Source: a virus
Lineage: Duplodnaviria > Caudoviricetes
Strand: one strand, 5' to 3'
IMG/VR virus record: IMGVR_UViG_3300044820_000057
Coordinates: 1-38,422 of that record
Length of the DNA: 38,422 bases
The position numbers and the translations under genes are program-made. Position 1 is the stretch's first letter. The number at the start of each line of letters is the position of its first letter. This document shows, piece by piece, positions 27,497 to 36,936 of the stretch. The notes beneath the pieces are model-generated. The model worked only from the letters and a program-made list of their open reading frames with translations. It was not told the DNA's origin and did not search any database.

Positions 27497-27976
27497 ATGA
27501 CTGTATCTAGACACATGCCCCCGGGCACGCGCGGTAAGCACCGCACGCCGCGTATTACGTCGCCCGCGCGCCAGGCGGCGCTATTGGCAAACCGTCGCAC
27601 CTATCTCTCAAAAGACCCGTGCCCGCGCGGACACGTTGGGGAAAGGCGCACCGCTAATGGTGAGTGCGTGCAGTGCCATAGAGATTGGGCGAAGCGTAAC
27701 ATTTTGCGCGCGCGGGCCAACCGCATTGCATGGCTCGCCAAGAACATGGACCGCGTGGCTAAGTGGCGCGGTCATTCCCCGCCTACGCGCCCGCGCCCCC
27801 TTCGTTGCGAATGCTGCGGCCGAATCCCACCAACATCCCTGCACATGGACCACGACCACGCTACGAAAAAATTTCGCGGGTGGCTTTGCGCCTCGTGCAA
27901 CACCGCGTTAGGCAAGCTGGGCGACAGCGTGGCGGGGCTATTGCGCGCGGTCAAATACCTACGGCGCGTCAAATGA
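27497..27976 (+). CDS. Endonuclease VII-family (HNH-type) nuclease with N-terminal Cys/His module
   Basis: CECCG..LHMDHDH....RGWLC..CNTALG.LGD; N-terminal CPRGH...R....CVQC. Confidence 0.85.
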   Translation: MTVSRHMPPGTRGKHRTPRITSPARQAALLANRRTYLSKDPCPRGHVGERRTANGECVQCHRDWAKRNILRARANRIAWLAKNMDRVAKWRGHSPPTRPRPLRCECCGRIPPTSLHMDHDHATKKFRGWLCASCNTALGKLGDSVAGLLRAVKYLRRVK

Positions 27977-29694
27977 GTTTGCGCCCCTATCAGCGCGAAT
28001 ACCTCGCGGCGATTTATGCAGCCTGGCAAGATCCTACTTGCCGCAACGTGATGGGGGTACTACCAACCGGCGCGGGGAAAACAACTTGTTTTTCAGCCCT
28101 TCTAAAAGACATGGGCCGCCCCGCCTGCGTGGTCGCACACCGTAACGAGTTAGTTTCTCAGGCCGCGTTGGCCCTTAACCGCGAGGGCGTCCCCCACGGC
28201 ATCATCGCGCCAAAGGCCGTCATCCAGCAGATTGTACGGCTTGAAATGGAAACACACGGCGAAAGCCACTATAGCGCCCGCGCCCATGTGCGCGTGGCGG
28301 GGGTCAATACGCTGGCCGCGCGTGCGAAAAAAGCAATTGACCCGTGGGCGCGAAGTGTTGAATTTGTCATCATGGACGAGGGCCATCATGTACTGCGCGA
28401 AAATATTTTCGGTGCGGCCGTGGCTAGCTTCCCTGCGGCGCGCGGCCTGTTCCCCACCGCGCACGCTGTGCGGGCGGATGGCGCTGGACTTGGCCGCAGT
28501 GCCGACGGGCTAGTTGACCGTCTCGTGGTCGGCCCTAGCTGCCGCGCACTTATTGACCGGGGGTATTTGTCGGACTATCGCCTTGTGTGCCCCCCTACTG
28601 ACATCGACGTGTCCAAGGTACCAATTAGTTCAACGGGCGATTTCAGCAGCCCGAAGCTACGCGAGGCGGTCCACAAATCCAAAACCATAGTGGGCGACAT
28701 CGCGGCGCACTACCTGAAATTCGCGGCCGGTAAACTCGGCGTCACGTTCGTGGTCGACGTGGAAGCGGCCGGCGAAGTGGCCGCGGCGTACCGCGCAGTG
28801 GGCGTATCGGCCGAAGTCATCACGGCCAAAACCCCGATACACATACGCTCCACCCTCATGCGCCGATTCCGCAACCGGGAACTGTTGCAGCTGGTCAGCG
28901 TGGACGTATTGGGCGAAGGGGTCGACGTGCCAGCCATTGAAGTGGTTAGCCTGGCGCGGCATACGGCGAGTTTCCAGCTATATGGCCAACAGACTGGCCG
29001 CGCGCTGCGCCTGATGATTTCCCCGGAACTGACCCGGCAGTGGGATAGCTTTACAGATGACCAGCGTTTGGCGCATATTGCCGCCAGCGTCAAACCCAAA
29101 GCCATCATCATTGACCACGTAGGAAACTGGCAACGCCATGGGCTACCCGATATCCCCCGCGAATACAGTTTGGAGCGGCCGGAACGCAACAGCCGCAAGG
29201 GGCCTGCGGACGCTATCCCTTTGCGCACTTGCGTTAACCCTGATTGCCTGCAGCCATATGAACGCGTCTTGCCCGCGTGCCCCTACTGCGGACATACCTC
29301 CGTACCCGCCGGACGCGGAACCCCGGAAATGGTCGACGGCGACTTGGTCGAATTGGACCCCGCCACCCTTGCCGCCCTGCGGGGCGAAATTGCGCGCATC
29401 GATGGACCCGCCCGTGTCCCGGCGTCTGCCGGGCCTGCTGCGGCCGGCGCAATTCTTCGCAACCACCGCGACCGGCAGGCAGCGCAGGCGGCTTTACGCC
29501 AAGCTATTGCGCTCTGGGCGGGTTGGCAGAAGCACTTAGGGCGCGGCGATAGTGAAGGCTACAAGCGCTTTTTCTTTGCATTCGGCACCGACGTGGCCAC
29601 GGCCATGACCCTGGGCGCGCGCGAGGCTGAAGACATGGAAACCCGTATCCGCGCGGAACTAGCGCGGCACAACGTAGTGGAGGCCACAGCGTGA
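27973..29694 (+). CDS. Superfamily 2 (DEAH-like) helicase with C-terminal Zn finger
   Basis: LRPYQ, PTGAGKT, DEGHH, EGVDVP, QQTGRALR, IIDHVGN, C..PDC...CPYC. Confidence 0.92.
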   Translation: MSLRPYQREYLAAIYAAWQDPTCRNVMGVLPTGAGKTTCFSALLKDMGRPACVVAHRNELVSQAALALNREGVPHGIIAPKAVIQQIVRLEMETHGESHYSARAHVRVAGVNTLAARAKKAIDPWARSVEFVIMDEGHHVLRENIFGAAVASFPAARGLFPTAHAVRADGAGLGRSADGLVDRLVVGPSCRALIDRGYLSDYRLVCPPTDIDVSKVPISSTGDFSSPKLREAVHKSKTIVGDIAAHYLKFAAGKLGVTFVVDVEAAGEVAAAYRAVGVSAEVITAKTPIHIRSTLMRRFRNRELLQLVSVDVLGEGVDVPAIEVVSLARHTASFQLYGQQTGRALRLMISPELTRQWDSFTDDQRLAHIAASVKPKAIIIDHVGNWQRHGLPDIPREYSLERPERNSRKGPADAIPLRTCVNPDCLQPYERVLPACPYCGHTSVPAGRGTPEMVDGDLVELDPATLAALRGEIARIDGPARVPASAGPAAAGAILRNHRDRQAAQAALRQAIALWAGWQKHLGRGDSEGYKRFFFAFGTDVATAMTLGAREAEDMETRIRAELARHNVVEATA

Positions 29695-29852
29695 AATTCC
29701 TAACGGACCCGCGGCTGTTCAACTACCTGATTATGTGCCTGTACGCGGTGTCCGCCATTCGCTGGGGAGTGTCCGCCCGGTGGGCGGACATGTGCTATTG
29801 GCTCAGCGCGCTGGCCATTACGGCCACGGTCACCTTCGGTTACAAACACTAG
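29691..29852 (+). CDS. Small membrane protein (53 aa, not in the ORF track)
   Basis: GGAGG RBS and GTGA coupling; MKFLTDPRLFNYLIMCLYAVSAIRWGVSARWADMCYWLSALAITATVTFGYKH. Confidence 0.6.
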   Translation: MKFLTDPRLFNYLIMCLYAVSAIRWGVSARWADMCYWLSALAITATVTFGYKH

Positions 29853-29861
29853 GGGCGCCCC

Positions 29862-30095
29862 ATGAGCGTGCAATATCACGCGCAGATAAAATGCGACGGT
29901 TGCGGCTTGCGTTCGCTGCTGTTCCCTAACTCGACCACGGCCCGCGCGGTGCTGAAAAATGACGGGTGGGTGCGTATGCAGGAAGTGGGCGACCGCGACC
30001 TGTGCCCCGCGTGCCGCCCGCAGCCCGGCGCGGAAGCCTTGACCAATTGCCGGATGTGTGGATTGGTTCACACTTCCGCAGAGTGCCCGGAATGA
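29862..30095 (+). CDS. Small Cys-rich zinc-ribbon protein
   Basis: CDGC, GW......DLCPAC and CRMC...H...C motifs. Confidence 0.65.
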   Translation: MSVQYHAQIKCDGCGLRSLLFPNSTTARAVLKNDGWVRMQEVGDRDLCPACRPQPGAEALTNCRMCGLVHTSAECPE

Positions 30096-30493
30096 AGCCC
30101 CGCAAGATCATGGGCCACGAGGCCATAGCGTCAGAGACTGCCGTGCAGTCGGCCGTGCGGCTGCGCGCGGCGCAGCTGGGTATGCGCCTGTGGCGCAACA
30201 ATGTGGGCGTGCTGAAGGACTCCCGCGGCGTGCCGGTGCGTTTCGGCCTGGCCAACGATTCAAAGGCGCTTAACTCCGTGCTGAAAAGCGCGGACCTAGT
30301 GGGGTGGGAAACCATCACCATTACCCCCGACATGGTGGGCCAGCGCATCGCCCGCGTGCTGTCGGTGGAATGCAAGCCCGCCGGGTGGGTGTACACCGGC
30401 GACTCGCACGAAGAGGCGCAAAAGCGTTGGCGCGACCTCATCAACGAAGCCGGGGGCCGCGCAATGTTTGCGGCCGGCCCCGATTGCCTGTAA
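30092..30493 (+). CDS. VRR-NUC-like PD-(D/E)XK nuclease
   Basis: LWRNNVG, RFGLAN, SADLVG, VECK and Q..W...I...GG.A.F motifs. Confidence 0.8.
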   Translation: MKPRKIMGHEAIASETAVQSAVRLRAAQLGMRLWRNNVGVLKDSRGVPVRFGLANDSKALNSVLKSADLVGWETITITPDMVGQRIARVLSVECKPAGWVYTGDSHEEAQKRWRDLINEAGGRAMFAAGPDCL

Positions 30494-30501
30494 TCTTTAG
30501 C

Positions 30502-30515
30502 TGACTTCAACGTCA
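30502..30515. promoter_or_regulatory. Operator-like palindrome TGAC-N6-GTCA upstream of the TetR-like gene
   Basis: TGACTTCAACGTCA in a 33-nt intergenic gap; same half-sites as at 36750 and nearly the same as at 27463. Confidence 0.45.
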
Positions 30516-30526
30516 AAGGTGTATCA

Positions 30527-30805
30527 ATGAAGGATCAAATTCTGGCCACCGCCATGCGACTGGCCGCAAAGAAAGGTTTTCGCAACGTGACGCGGCAGGA
30601 CATCGCCACGGCGGCCGAAGTGGCCACGGGTTCGGTGTCCTACCACTTCGACACGATGCGCAAGCTTCAGGCGGCCATGGTGCTGAAGGCCATTGAAGAC
30701 AAAAACTTGCCGGTATTCACGCAGGCGCTGGCCGACGGCCACCCGCTGGCGCTGCGGGCGCCCGTGGAACTGAAGAAAGCGGCGGGCCGGGCACTCAGCG
30801 CGTAG
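30527..30805 (+). CDS. TetR-like HTH transcriptional regulator (short)
   Basis: ILATAMRLAAKKGF..VT..DIA..AEVATGSVSYHF is a TetR N-terminal HTH pattern. Confidence 0.85.
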   Translation: MKDQILATAMRLAAKKGFRNVTRQDIATAAEVATGSVSYHFDTMRKLQAAMVLKAIEDKNLPVFTQALADGHPLALRAPVELKKAAGRALSA

Positions 30806-30813
30806 TCCCACGC

Positions 30814-33213
30814 GTGGCCCTTGACCTACTTTTTGCGGCCCTCGCGGGTCGGCGTTGCTTCGTTGCCTGGCGTCCGGTGCCGAAACCCGGCACGGCCAAG
30901 GTGGACAAGGTGCCGATTGATCCGCGCACCGGCTACGACAGCGACGCGCAAGACCCGGCCACTTGGCTGACGGCCGAAGAGGCCAGCGCGTGCGTAATGT
31001 CGGGCGTCCCCGTGGGGCTCGTGCTGTCCGAAGCGCTGGGCGTCTTTTGCGTTGACTTGGACGCGGCGCTGCAGGCGGATGGCACATGGTCACCCTTCGC
31101 ACTGGAAGTGCTGGGGCGGTTCCCCGGCGCCCTGCTGGAAGTGTCCTACAGCAATAGCGGCCTGCATATCTTCGGCTTTCACCAGCCGATACCGGACCAC
31201 CGCACGCGCGTGGGCGGCGTGCCCATGGAAGTTTACTCAAGGCGCAGATTCATCGCGCTGACCGGCACGCACATGGCCGGCCAAATGCTCGACCACACGG
31301 CCGCGCTGGTGAAGTTGATCGCCGATCACTTGCCGGAACCCGTGGCCACGCGGGACGCGGAATGGACAACGGGCCCGCACGTCGGCTGGCGCGGCGACGG
31401 CACCGACGAACAGATTGTGCGCAACCAGCTGCAGCGTGCCAGCGCCCACGCTACGTTCGGCGGCGGCGCCAGCTTCGCCGACTTGTGGAACGGCAACGCA
31501 GATGCGCTGGCCCGCGCGTTCCCCGACACCACGGGGGCCAAGGCATACAACGCCAGCGCCGCGGACCAGGCCTTGGCCAACCACCTGGCGTGGGCCACGG
31601 GCTATGACTGCGAACGCACGCTGCGACTGATGCAGGCCAGCGGCCTGAAGCGCGACAAGTGGGAACGGGAAGACTATTTGACCCGTACCATTCTGACCGC
31701 GGTTGCTGGTAAGATACCGACGCGGGGGCAGGATAGCGCCGGGCCCGTGAACAACGCCCCGCCAGCTGCGCCAGCCGGCCCTGCCCCCGCACCACTTGCC
31801 GGCGTTGAAATCCCACCGCCCCCGCCGGCCATTCCCGAACCCCCGCCCCCGATCGTGCGCGGGTTGTTGCCCGACCCAGGCCGCACGCTGACTTCCGCGG
31901 AGCAGGTGGAACTGTTCGCCGGCTGCATCTATATCGAAGACATGCACGGCATGTTGATGCCCGATGGCGATATCCTGTCGCAAAAACAGTTTGACGTTCA
32001 TTTCGGCAACTTCGAATTTATCATGCGCGTGGACGGATCGAAGCCGACCACGAGCGCGTGGGATTGCTTTACCGGCAGCCACCTTGTGCGCTTCCCGCGT
32101 GCCCACGGGTTGGCCTTCGACCCGTCGCGCCGCGCGCGCGAAGAAATCGTGCGCGACGGTGCGTTGTTTATCAACTCGTGGGTTCCGATCGAAATCCCCA
32201 TGCAGCCGGGCGACCCGGCGCCGTTCGTGGAACACCTGCGCAAGCTCCACCCGCTGGGCGACGATGCGGATATTCTGCTGGCCTACATGGCCGCGCTCGT
32301 GCAGTACAAGGGTCGCAAATTCCAGTGGGCGCCGCTGCTGCAGGGCGTGGAGGGCAACGGCAAAACCTTTTTCAGCCTGGCGCTTGAGCAGTGCGTGGGC
32401 CAGCGCTACACGCACCACGCCAAGGCCGCGCAGCTTGACAGCCGTTTCAACTCGGCATTCTATGGCAAACTTCTGGTGACCGTCGAAGACGTATATATAT
32501 CCGAAGCCCGCGCCAGCATGTGGGAAACCCTCAAGCCGATGATTACCAACACGCGTATGGAAATCGAAGGCAAGGGGCTGGATAAGGTGACGCGCGATGT
32601 GTGTTTCAACTTCCTGATGAATAGCAACCACAAGGACGCTATCAGGAAGACCCGCAACGATCGGCGTATTGCACCTTTCTTCGGCGCCCAGCAGCATGAA
32701 GCCGACCTGGCCCGCAGCGGCCTGACCGAAGCGTATTTCAAGCGGCTGTACAATTGGGCCAACGGCGGGGGCTGGGCCATCATCGCCAATTTCCTGAATA
32801 CCTACGCCATCCCCGACAAGTGGAACCCGGCCGTTGACTGCGTGCGTGCGCCGACCACCAGCAGCACCGAAGCGGCGCTGCGCGCGGGGCGCGGGTCGAT
32901 TGAGCAGGAAGTGGCCGAAGCGATCGAAGAGGGCCGCGCGGGGTTCCGCGGCGGTTGGGTTTCGTCCATGGCCTTTGACAACCTGCTGGCCGAAATCGGC
33001 AAGGCCAAAGTCCTACCGCGGAACAAGCGCGCGGAATTGCTGGAGGGCATGGGCTATGCCCTGCATACCGTGTTCAAGGATGGCCGGCCGGCGGCGCCGT
33101 TACCCGACGGCACCCGCCCCAGGCTCTACACGCTGCCCGGCGTCGCCACGGGCCTGTCTGAAGCCGACACCGTACGCGCGTACACCGACGCCCAGGCTCC
33201 CACGGTGAAGTGA
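30814..33213 (+). CDS. Primase-polymerase fused to an SF3-type helicase/NTPase
   Basis: N-terminal VDLD..EVSYSNSGLHIF (AEP prim-pol); SAADQALANHLAW helical domain; Pro-rich linker; Walker A GVEGNGKT, FNS, SNH..DRR. Confidence 0.88.
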   Translation: MALDLLFAALAGRRCFVAWRPVPKPGTAKVDKVPIDPRTGYDSDAQDPATWLTAEEASACVMSGVPVGLVLSEALGVFCVDLDAALQADGTWSPFALEVLGRFPGALLEVSYSNSGLHIFGFHQPIPDHRTRVGGVPMEVYSRRRFIALTGTHMAGQMLDHTAALVKLIADHLPEPVATRDAEWTTGPHVGWRGDGTDEQIVRNQLQRASAHATFGGGASFADLWNGNADALARAFPDTTGAKAYNASAADQALANHLAWATGYDCERTLRLMQASGLKRDKWEREDYLTRTILTAVAGKIPTRGQDSAGPVNNAPPAAPAGPAPAPLAGVEIPPPPPAIPEPPPPIVRGLLPDPGRTLTSAEQVELFAGCIYIEDMHGMLMPDGDILSQKQFDVHFGNFEFIMRVDGSKPTTSAWDCFTGSHLVRFPRAHGLAFDPSRRAREEIVRDGALFINSWVPIEIPMQPGDPAPFVEHLRKLHPLGDDADILLAYMAALVQYKGRKFQWAPLLQGVEGNGKTFFSLALEQCVGQRYTHHAKAAQLDSRFNSAFYGKLLVTVEDVYISEARASMWETLKPMITNTRMEIEGKGLDKVTRDVCFNFLMNSNHKDAIRKTRNDRRIAPFFGAQQHEADLARSGLTEAYFKRLYNWANGGGWAIIANFLNTYAIPDKWNPAVDCVRAPTTSSTEAALRAGRGSIEQEVAEAIEEGRAGFRGGWVSSMAFDNLLAEIGKAKVLPRNKRAELLEGMGYALHTVFKDGRPAAPLPDGTRPRLYTLPGVATGLSEADTVRAYTDAQAPTVK

Positions 33214-33545
33214 TGGCGCGAAGCCAATACGAGCGCAGCGCGGCGTATAGACGGACCCCACGCGGGGCCTATGCGAAGCACCGGGAAAACGCCAAGCGCC
33301 GCGGCGTGGCCTTCCGGCTGACGTTTAAGCAATGGATGGGCATCTGGGCCCTGTCCGGCCACTGGCACGAGCGTGGGTGTAGCCCCTACCAGTTTGTTAT
33401 GTGCCGGCACTTCGACTTAGGCGCGTACGAAGTGGGCAACGTGTACATCGCCCAGAACCGGCACAACCTGCACGAATCAACGTGGACGCGCCACCTGCGC
33501 GGGGCTCCGCAGTCCCGGGCAGGTGGCGTTGACCTGACCCCTTAA
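33213..33545 (+). CDS. HNH-like endonuclease
   Basis: NAKRRG..F.LTF..W, MCR..D.GAYE.GNV.....N motifs; TGATG coupling. Confidence 0.7.
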   Translation: MARSQYERSAAYRRTPRGAYAKHRENAKRRGVAFRLTFKQWMGIWALSGHWHERGCSPYQFVMCRHFDLGAYEVGNVYIAQNRHNLHESTWTRHLRGAPQSRAGGVDLTP

Positions 33546-35092
33546 GGGTGCGCCACCATCCAATCATGGATGACCTTGCCGGCGCCGTCGGTCGGCGTGC
33601 CCGCAGCATCCTTGACCAGCACGAAGTCCGGATTTCCCCACACGTCCCACGACCAGGCAATGCCGCTGGCGCCGGTCTTGTCCAGCCATGCCGTGACGTT
33701 GCTGACAAACTGGTCACCCACGGTGCCGGCGACATTGTGCCCGCCAAACTCCGTCACGATGACCGGGACACCGGCGGCCAGGATGCCTTCCAGCGCGGTG
33801 TATGCGGCCTGCCCTAGATCCGGCAGCGCGTAGGCGGCCGTCCCGTAGGCGGCGCCATAAGCCGGATACCCGTGCCACACCGCAGCGACCTGGCCCAGCG
33901 GGTCCGTGATGCGGTTGGCCAGCCACGCGCGCAAGTCCTTTGCGTAGTTGCGGTCAGACACGAGAATGACGTTGGTCGCGCCCGTCGCGCGTATCGTGTC
34001 GGTCATCTGCTGGAATCCAGCAATGGCCCACGTCTGCGTCATGCTGCCGGCGGTATTCAGGAAGCGCCCCACCGCGCCGCCATTGCGCTGCGCCTGCCCG
34101 ACATCGGCCGGAACCGTCGGGCCGAAGCTGTCTAGATACGGCTCGTTGAACAGTTCAAACATGACGGCCGGGTTGCCCTTGTACGCGGTGGCAACCTCTT
34201 TCCAGAACTGCAAATCGGTGTCGGTGTTGGCAAAGCTGCCCTGCCCATCCGGGGTGAATGGCACTTTGCCGGTCTGGCCGGTGACGGTGAAGTACGGCGC
34301 GGACCAATGCAAATCCAGGATGACGTACAAGCCCGCCGCGTTGGCCGCGGTAACGGCCGCCTGCACGGAAGCCTGGTACCCGCGCACCTTGGCAGGGTCC
34401 GCTGCAATCGCCTTGCCCGCGGCGTTGTAGGTCATCAGCCCCAACCAGCTGGCGGCGTTCAACGGGAAGCGTACGGCGTTGGCTTTCCACGTCTTGATGG
34501 CGGCGTAGTTGGGCGCGCTGCCCAATCCGCTGTCGCCCCAATAGTTGTACGTCCCGTCGGCATTCTTTGCCCACTGGTGAACGGCCGTGGCTTCCAGCCC
34601 CGAGACGTTGACCCCGCGCAGCTGGATGACCGCGCCGTTGCCGTCCACGAATTTGGACCCCTTGACCGACACGGCAAGCGTGCCGGCCGGGGGCGGTGTC
34701 GGCGTTATGACAGGCGGCGTTGTGACCGGGGGCGTTGTCGTGGCCGGCGCGAAGTACGGGGCCAGTTGTTTGGCCAGCGTCGGAATGTCAATGGTGGCCG
34801 GGGCACCGGCAGGCCCCGTGGCGCCCGCAGGGCCCTGTGCACCGGCCGGACCCGGGATACCCTGGGGGCCAGCAGCCCCCGCGGCACCGGCCGGCCCAGG
34901 GACGCCCTGCGGCCCCTGCGCACCGGTCGGGCCCGGGATGCCCTGTGGGCCGGGGGCGCCGGGTGCGCCCGCCGGGCCCGGGGGCAGCAGCGTGGTGTCA
35001 ATCGTGACCGTCGCGGGCACGGTCACGGTCTGGGCAATGGCAGCCGTCGAAATGACGGCGCCGGCAATCAGGGCCGCAAGTATCTTGCGCAT
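33542..35092 (-). CDS. Secreted GH5 glycoside hydrolase with collagen-like stalk
   Basis: AGGAG RBS; signal peptide [20 protein letters not shown]; 20 consecutive G-X-Y triplets; TTPP linker; GH5 motifs LRGVN, VRFPL, VILDLHW, FELFNEP, H.Y, VTEFG, AWSW. Confidence 0.9.
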   Translation of the reverse strand: MRKILAALIAGAVISTAAIAQTVTVPATVTIDTTLLPPGPAGAPGAPGPQGIPGPTGAQGPQGVPGPAGAAGAAGPQGIPGPAGAQGPAGATGPAGAPATIDIPTLAKQLAPYFAPATTTPPVTTPPVITPTPPPAGTLAVSVKGSKFVDGNGAVIQLRGVNVSGLEATAVHQWAKNADGTYNYWGDSGLGSAPNYAAIKTWKANAVRFPLNAASWLGLMTYNAAGKAIAADPAKVRGYQASVQAAVTAANAAGLYVILDLHWSAPYFTVTGQTGKVPFTPDGQGSFANTDTDLQFWKEVATAYKGNPAVMFELFNEPYLDSFGPTVPADVGQAQRNGGAVGRFLNTAGSMTQTWAIAGFQQMTDTIRATGATNVILVSDRNYAKDLRAWLANRITDPLGQVAAVWHGYPAYGAAYGTAAYALPDLGQAAYTALEGILAAGVPVIVTEFGGHNVAGTVGDQFVSNVTAWLDKTGASGIAWSWDVWGNPDFVLVKDAAGTPTDGAGKVIHDWMVAHP

Positions 35093-35127
35093 GGTCGGGT
35101 ACTCCTGTGGGAATACCCGCATGATGC

Positions 35128-35526
35128 CTAGCGGATGATAGACCCGTCAACCAGCGTCCATTGCGTGGAACAGTGCTGCCCGCGCCCGCTTCGCACGCAC
35201 ACCTTCTGCTGCAGGAATCGCGCGGTCAGCAGCGCCGTGGTGCCGTCGGGCGCGATCAGCGGGTAGCCGTCGAAGTCCAGCACGTATGCCTGCTGCGCGG
35301 ATGAGTAGGTGACGCCATTTACCGACAGTCGCACGAAGTTGCCATAGGCGGCCGACAGGCTGACCACGTCCCCGGTGCTGTTGGGGACGTTGCCGCAGTA
35401 GCGGGTCAGGCCGCAGGGCGTGGCGCCCAGGTAGATGGCGGGCAGCGACTGGGCCGCAGCGGGGTCAGAGGCAAACCCCAGCCCCAGGGTGAAGGCCAGC
35501 ACGAGTGCAGCGAAAAAGTTACGCAT
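35128..35526 (-). CDS. Secreted small beta protein with two Cys pairs
   Basis: AAGGA RBS; leader [25 protein letters not shown]; CGLTRYC and [10 protein letters not shown]. Confidence 0.65.
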   Translation of the reverse strand: MRNFFAALVLAFTLGLGFASDPAAAQSLPAIYLGATPCGLTRYCGNVPNSTGDVVSLSAAYGNFVRLSVNGVTYSSAQQAYVLDFDGYPLIAPDGTTALLTARFLQQKVCVRSGRGQHCSTQWTLVDGSIIR

Positions 35527-35719
35527 GGTCAGGTGTCCTTGTCGTTGGTTGGGAAGCTTCGGCATCGTCGGCCAGCGCGTCAATGGCCACGCGGGCGTTG
35601 CAGGTACACGGGCCCAGTGACCGGGTGCAATGCGCGGAATGCTCATCGGCATAGTACGCCAGTGCGACGCGCAAAAGGTAGATGCGGGTGGCCGGGTCCG
35701 GCAGCGGTTGGGCGCTCAT
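35519..35719 (-). CDS. Hypothetical protein
   Basis: GGAG RBS; MSAQPLPD start with ATGA coupling; H..C.....C.C motif. Confidence 0.55.
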   Translation of the reverse strand: MSAQPLPDPATRIYLLRVALAYYADEHSAHCTRSLGPCTCNARVAIDALADDAEASQPTTRTPDHA

Positions 35720-35919
35720 GCTGGAGTCTCCAGGGTGGTTGTGACAATGCACCGGCGCACCAGTCGGAATTCGTCCATGTCCATGCCCTCGCGCTGCAAG
35801 ATTGCCAGCGCTTGCCGCGCGATCGTGTTCGAAACGTAGTCCCGGCCGTATTCGCGCCACTTGCGGTCCGCACCCCGATACAGGATTTGGAACCGCACAA
35901 CGGTAGTGGTGCGGCTCAT
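35716..35919 (-). CDS. Hypothetical protein (67 aa)
   Basis: ATGA coupling at both ends. Confidence 0.6.
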   Translation of the reverse strand: MSRTTTVVRFQILYRGADRKWREYGRDYVSNTIARQALAILQREGMDMDEFRLVRRCIVTTTLETPA

Positions 35920-36152
35920 GACTGCACCTTGGCCAGCAACGCGCGGGACTGCTCGACGTGGTCGCGGTTGACCATCACGTACAGGCTGTCCGCTTCGCTA
36001 TTGTGGTCGCTATCGGCATCGTTCACCAGCACGCGCAGCGACGCCACGAGCGTGTCGCGCTCGACGTGCAGGGACTGCAGCGCGCGGATGGCTTCGGGCG
36101 TGCCTTCCACGTGGATGATGTGGCCGTCAATGGCGAAGTGGGCGCGGCTCAT
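35916..36152 (-). CDS. Hypothetical protein (78 aa)
   Basis: ATGA coupling at both ends. Confidence 0.6.
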   Translation of the reverse strand: MSRAHFAIDGHIIHVEGTPEAIRALQSLHVERDTLVASLRVLVNDADSDHNSEADSLYVMVNRDHVEQSRALLAKVQS

Positions 36153-36424
36153 GACCCGGCCACCTTGCGCGCCAGCTTCACAGCGGCCAGCGTGTCTTTG
36201 ACCAGCAGCGCGTACGGCGTGCGCGGGTCGCTGGCCAGCGTGTTCAATGTGCCTTCTGCAAGACGGAGGGCGGCGAACAGCCCGGCCTGGTTGCGCATCA
36301 TCTGCACAACGCGCGTGGCGGTGTCCAACCGCGCATCGCTCGTAGCCTTCATGCGCGCGCCCAGCTTGCGCATGGCGTCGCTGCTCGGGTGGGCGGGGTT
36401 GTTGCAGTCAATGACGTTGTCCAT
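36149..36424 (-). CDS. Hypothetical protein (91 aa)
   Basis: GGGAG RBS; ATGA coupling downstream. Confidence 0.6.
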   Translation of the reverse strand: MDNVIDCNNPAHPSSDAMRKLGARMKATSDARLDTATRVVQMMRNQAGLFAALRLAEGTLNTLASDPRTPYALLVKDTLAAVKLARKVAGS

Positions 36425-36438
36425 GGTCTATGCTCCCG

Positions 36439-36522
36439 TTAGAGTTTGGAAATGACGTGGTAAACGAAACGGCCAAGGGGCCAACCGGTGGCGATGCAAG
36501 CGATTAGTACAAGTGCGATCAC
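36439..36522 (-). CDS. 27-aa hydrophobic peptide
   Basis: GTGA coupling to the upstream gene; MIALVLIACIATGWPLGRFVYHVISKL. Confidence 0.45.
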   Translation of the reverse strand: MIALVLIACIATGWPLGRFVYHVISKL

Positions 36523-36728
36523 GGCGCCACCCCCGTGTTGCTGGCTTCGAATTCTGCGATGGCGGCCTGGGCGTCGGCCTCCGTCGCAAACTTGCGGATA
36601 CGGCCGCGCGCCGTGGTCAGGCAGAAGCGGTCACCCTTCCAGGCCGAAAACGGGCGTTTGGTGGTGACGGCGCTGCCCATTTGGTGGGTGGCAATTACTT
36701 TCCAGGCGGCGGTGTTGTTGGTGTCCAT
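36519..36728 (-). CDS. Hypothetical protein (69 aa), probably leaderless
   Basis: ATG 7 nt after the TAGTAT -10 box; MDTNNTAAW...RGRIRKFATEADA. Confidence 0.6.
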   Translation of the reverse strand: MDTNNTAAWKVIATHQMGSAVTTKRPFSAWKGDRFCLTTARGRIRKFATEADAQAAIAEFEASNTGVAP

Positions 36729-36735
36729 GGGTGCG

Positions 36736-36764
36736 ATACTAGACCGAACTGACGGGCCCGTCAA
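36736..36764 (-). promoter_or_regulatory. Near-consensus sigma70 promoter with 14-bp palindromic operator
   Basis: TTGACG-17 nt-TAGTAT; perfect palindrome TGACGGGCCCGTCA at 36750-36763 overlaps the -35 box. Confidence 0.7.
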
Positions 36765-36936
36765 GAACTGCGTCACAATTTTGCGACTCGTGCGAATCGC
36801 GCATTATGTCCGGCCCGTAGCGCTTGCCCAGGGTTTCCAGCGTGCGGCGCGTCACGGTTCGCCGGTCCTTGTCGCCCCGGACCAGGCCGGCCCACTTTTT
36901 GCGGCGCTTGTGGTTGCGGCTGCGCGTGTGGGTCAT
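36739..36936 (-). CDS. Small basic hypothetical protein
   Basis: GGAG upstream and ATGA coupling to the stop at 36933; MTHTRSRNHKRRKKW. Confidence 0.45.
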   Translation of the reverse strand: MTHTRSRNHKRRKKWAGLVRGDKDRRTVTRRTLETLGKRYGPDIMRDSHESQNCDAVLDGPVSSV

